Source: Spizellomyces punctatus DAOM BR117 | Taxonomy: Eukaryota | Direction: 5' to 3' (one strand) | DNA length: 64,000 nucleotides | Assembly: GCA_000182565.2 (NCBI GenBank) | Contig: KQ257465.1 | Shown: positions 63,245 through 64,000 of the stretch, in pieces | Layout of the letters: each line of letters opens with the position of its first letter | Position numbering within the stretch: the first letter of the stretch is position 1 | Notes under the pieces: generated by a model | What the model saw: only the letters and a program-made list of their open reading frames with translations | The model's database searches: none | What the model was told of the DNA's origin: nothing | Program-made: the position numbers and the translations under genes

Positions 63245-63894
63245 TGGAGAGAAGCGTGACGCTTACACAACCTGCCGGACAGGGTTTATTTTTCGGTATT
63301 GGAATCATAAAGAAGGACACATATCTATCATTTCTGTTCATGTTTTTTGTCTCTTGTGTATGTTTGTAGAATGTGTGGGACGCATAGGGTTGGATAAATC
63401 TGCGCTGTGAATGGGAATCTTGACAGCAGCGACTTTCACACTTGGCCATGTTTGCTTTTGGATTGATGTAAATTTGTATATAGAACTTTACAAAAACATG
63501 CGTAGTGGAATGGGAAACATTCATCTTTTGAAGTGGCCTTCTTTTACGTATATGTGTATCTCTTGGGCATGCACTGTCCAATACGGACAACATTTCAAAC
63601 ACGATAGTACTTTAAAGACGCGTAAAACCCGACACAAAGGTATGGCGAGAGACAACCTCGTTGGCGTCCGTTGGCGTCTGTTGGCGGCGGATGGGCTCGT
63701 CTCAGGGTCCATTTCCCTCCTCCTCTTTCTGTCTTCCTTCCATCCGCAAATCCCTTGATACTTGACCATGAATGGATACTCTTGGGTGGTGGATCATGGA
63801 TGTGATGGGTAAAAGGATCAAGAAAAGTTTTGTTACACTCAAATTTTTCAACATTAAAACATTTATTCCCTTGTGCAAGCCACGAACGAGTCTT

Positions 63895-64000
63895 ATAAGA
63901 CACGATTTTTAGTCATCAAGCCGAATTGTATACTAAAGTTAGCACATGGATAGTGTGTTGGCTGGAGCCATTGAACTTTACCCGATGAGACATACCGGGT
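63895..64000 (-). other. Probable last intron and terminal exon of a gene entering from beyond the window end
   Basis: Minus-strand GTATGT..GCTAAC..TTTAG intron (63995-63933, 63 nt) followed by early stops in all frames. Confidence 0.4.

Noticed and set aside
63659-63690. GTTGGCGTC x3 mini tandem repeat
   Set aside because: Too short to assign a function; may lie in a 3' UTR.

Overview
Gene-dense, intron-rich eukaryotic DNA with short (~50-70 nt) GT-AG introns and CTAAC/CTGAC-type branch sites. The gene set combines fungal-type genes with a flagellar IFT22 gene, an R7-type RGS and CDKAL1, which points to a zoosporic fungus (chytrid, Spizellomyces-like; inference). About 33 protein-coding genes can be supported, mostly housekeeping: PWP1, CWC25, VPS20, VPS24, thymidylate kinase, SIW14, mitochondrial SerRS, ATP7, KAE1, DOHH, BOS1, DBP3, MRPS5, calcipressin, myotubularin and proteasome beta5. 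Many lie head-to-head across short promoters. No rRNA, tRNA, CRISPR array or intact mobile element was recognised. The most interesting signals are: (1) a divergent pair of NADPH-oxidase subunit genes, NoxR/p67phox plus a small spliced p22phox/NoxD-like gene whose first exon the ORF track misses; (2) a multi-exon UBA-UBX-BC-box-LRR fusion protein; (3) a ~6 kb cell-surface glycan block with an intronless pyruvyltransferase-GT8 fusion, a secreted L-domain glycoprotein and a GT23 fucosyltransferase; (4) a soluble protein with three cNMP-binding domains. Gene models were spliced by eye and family calls come from remembered motifs, not database searches, so exact ends are approximate.
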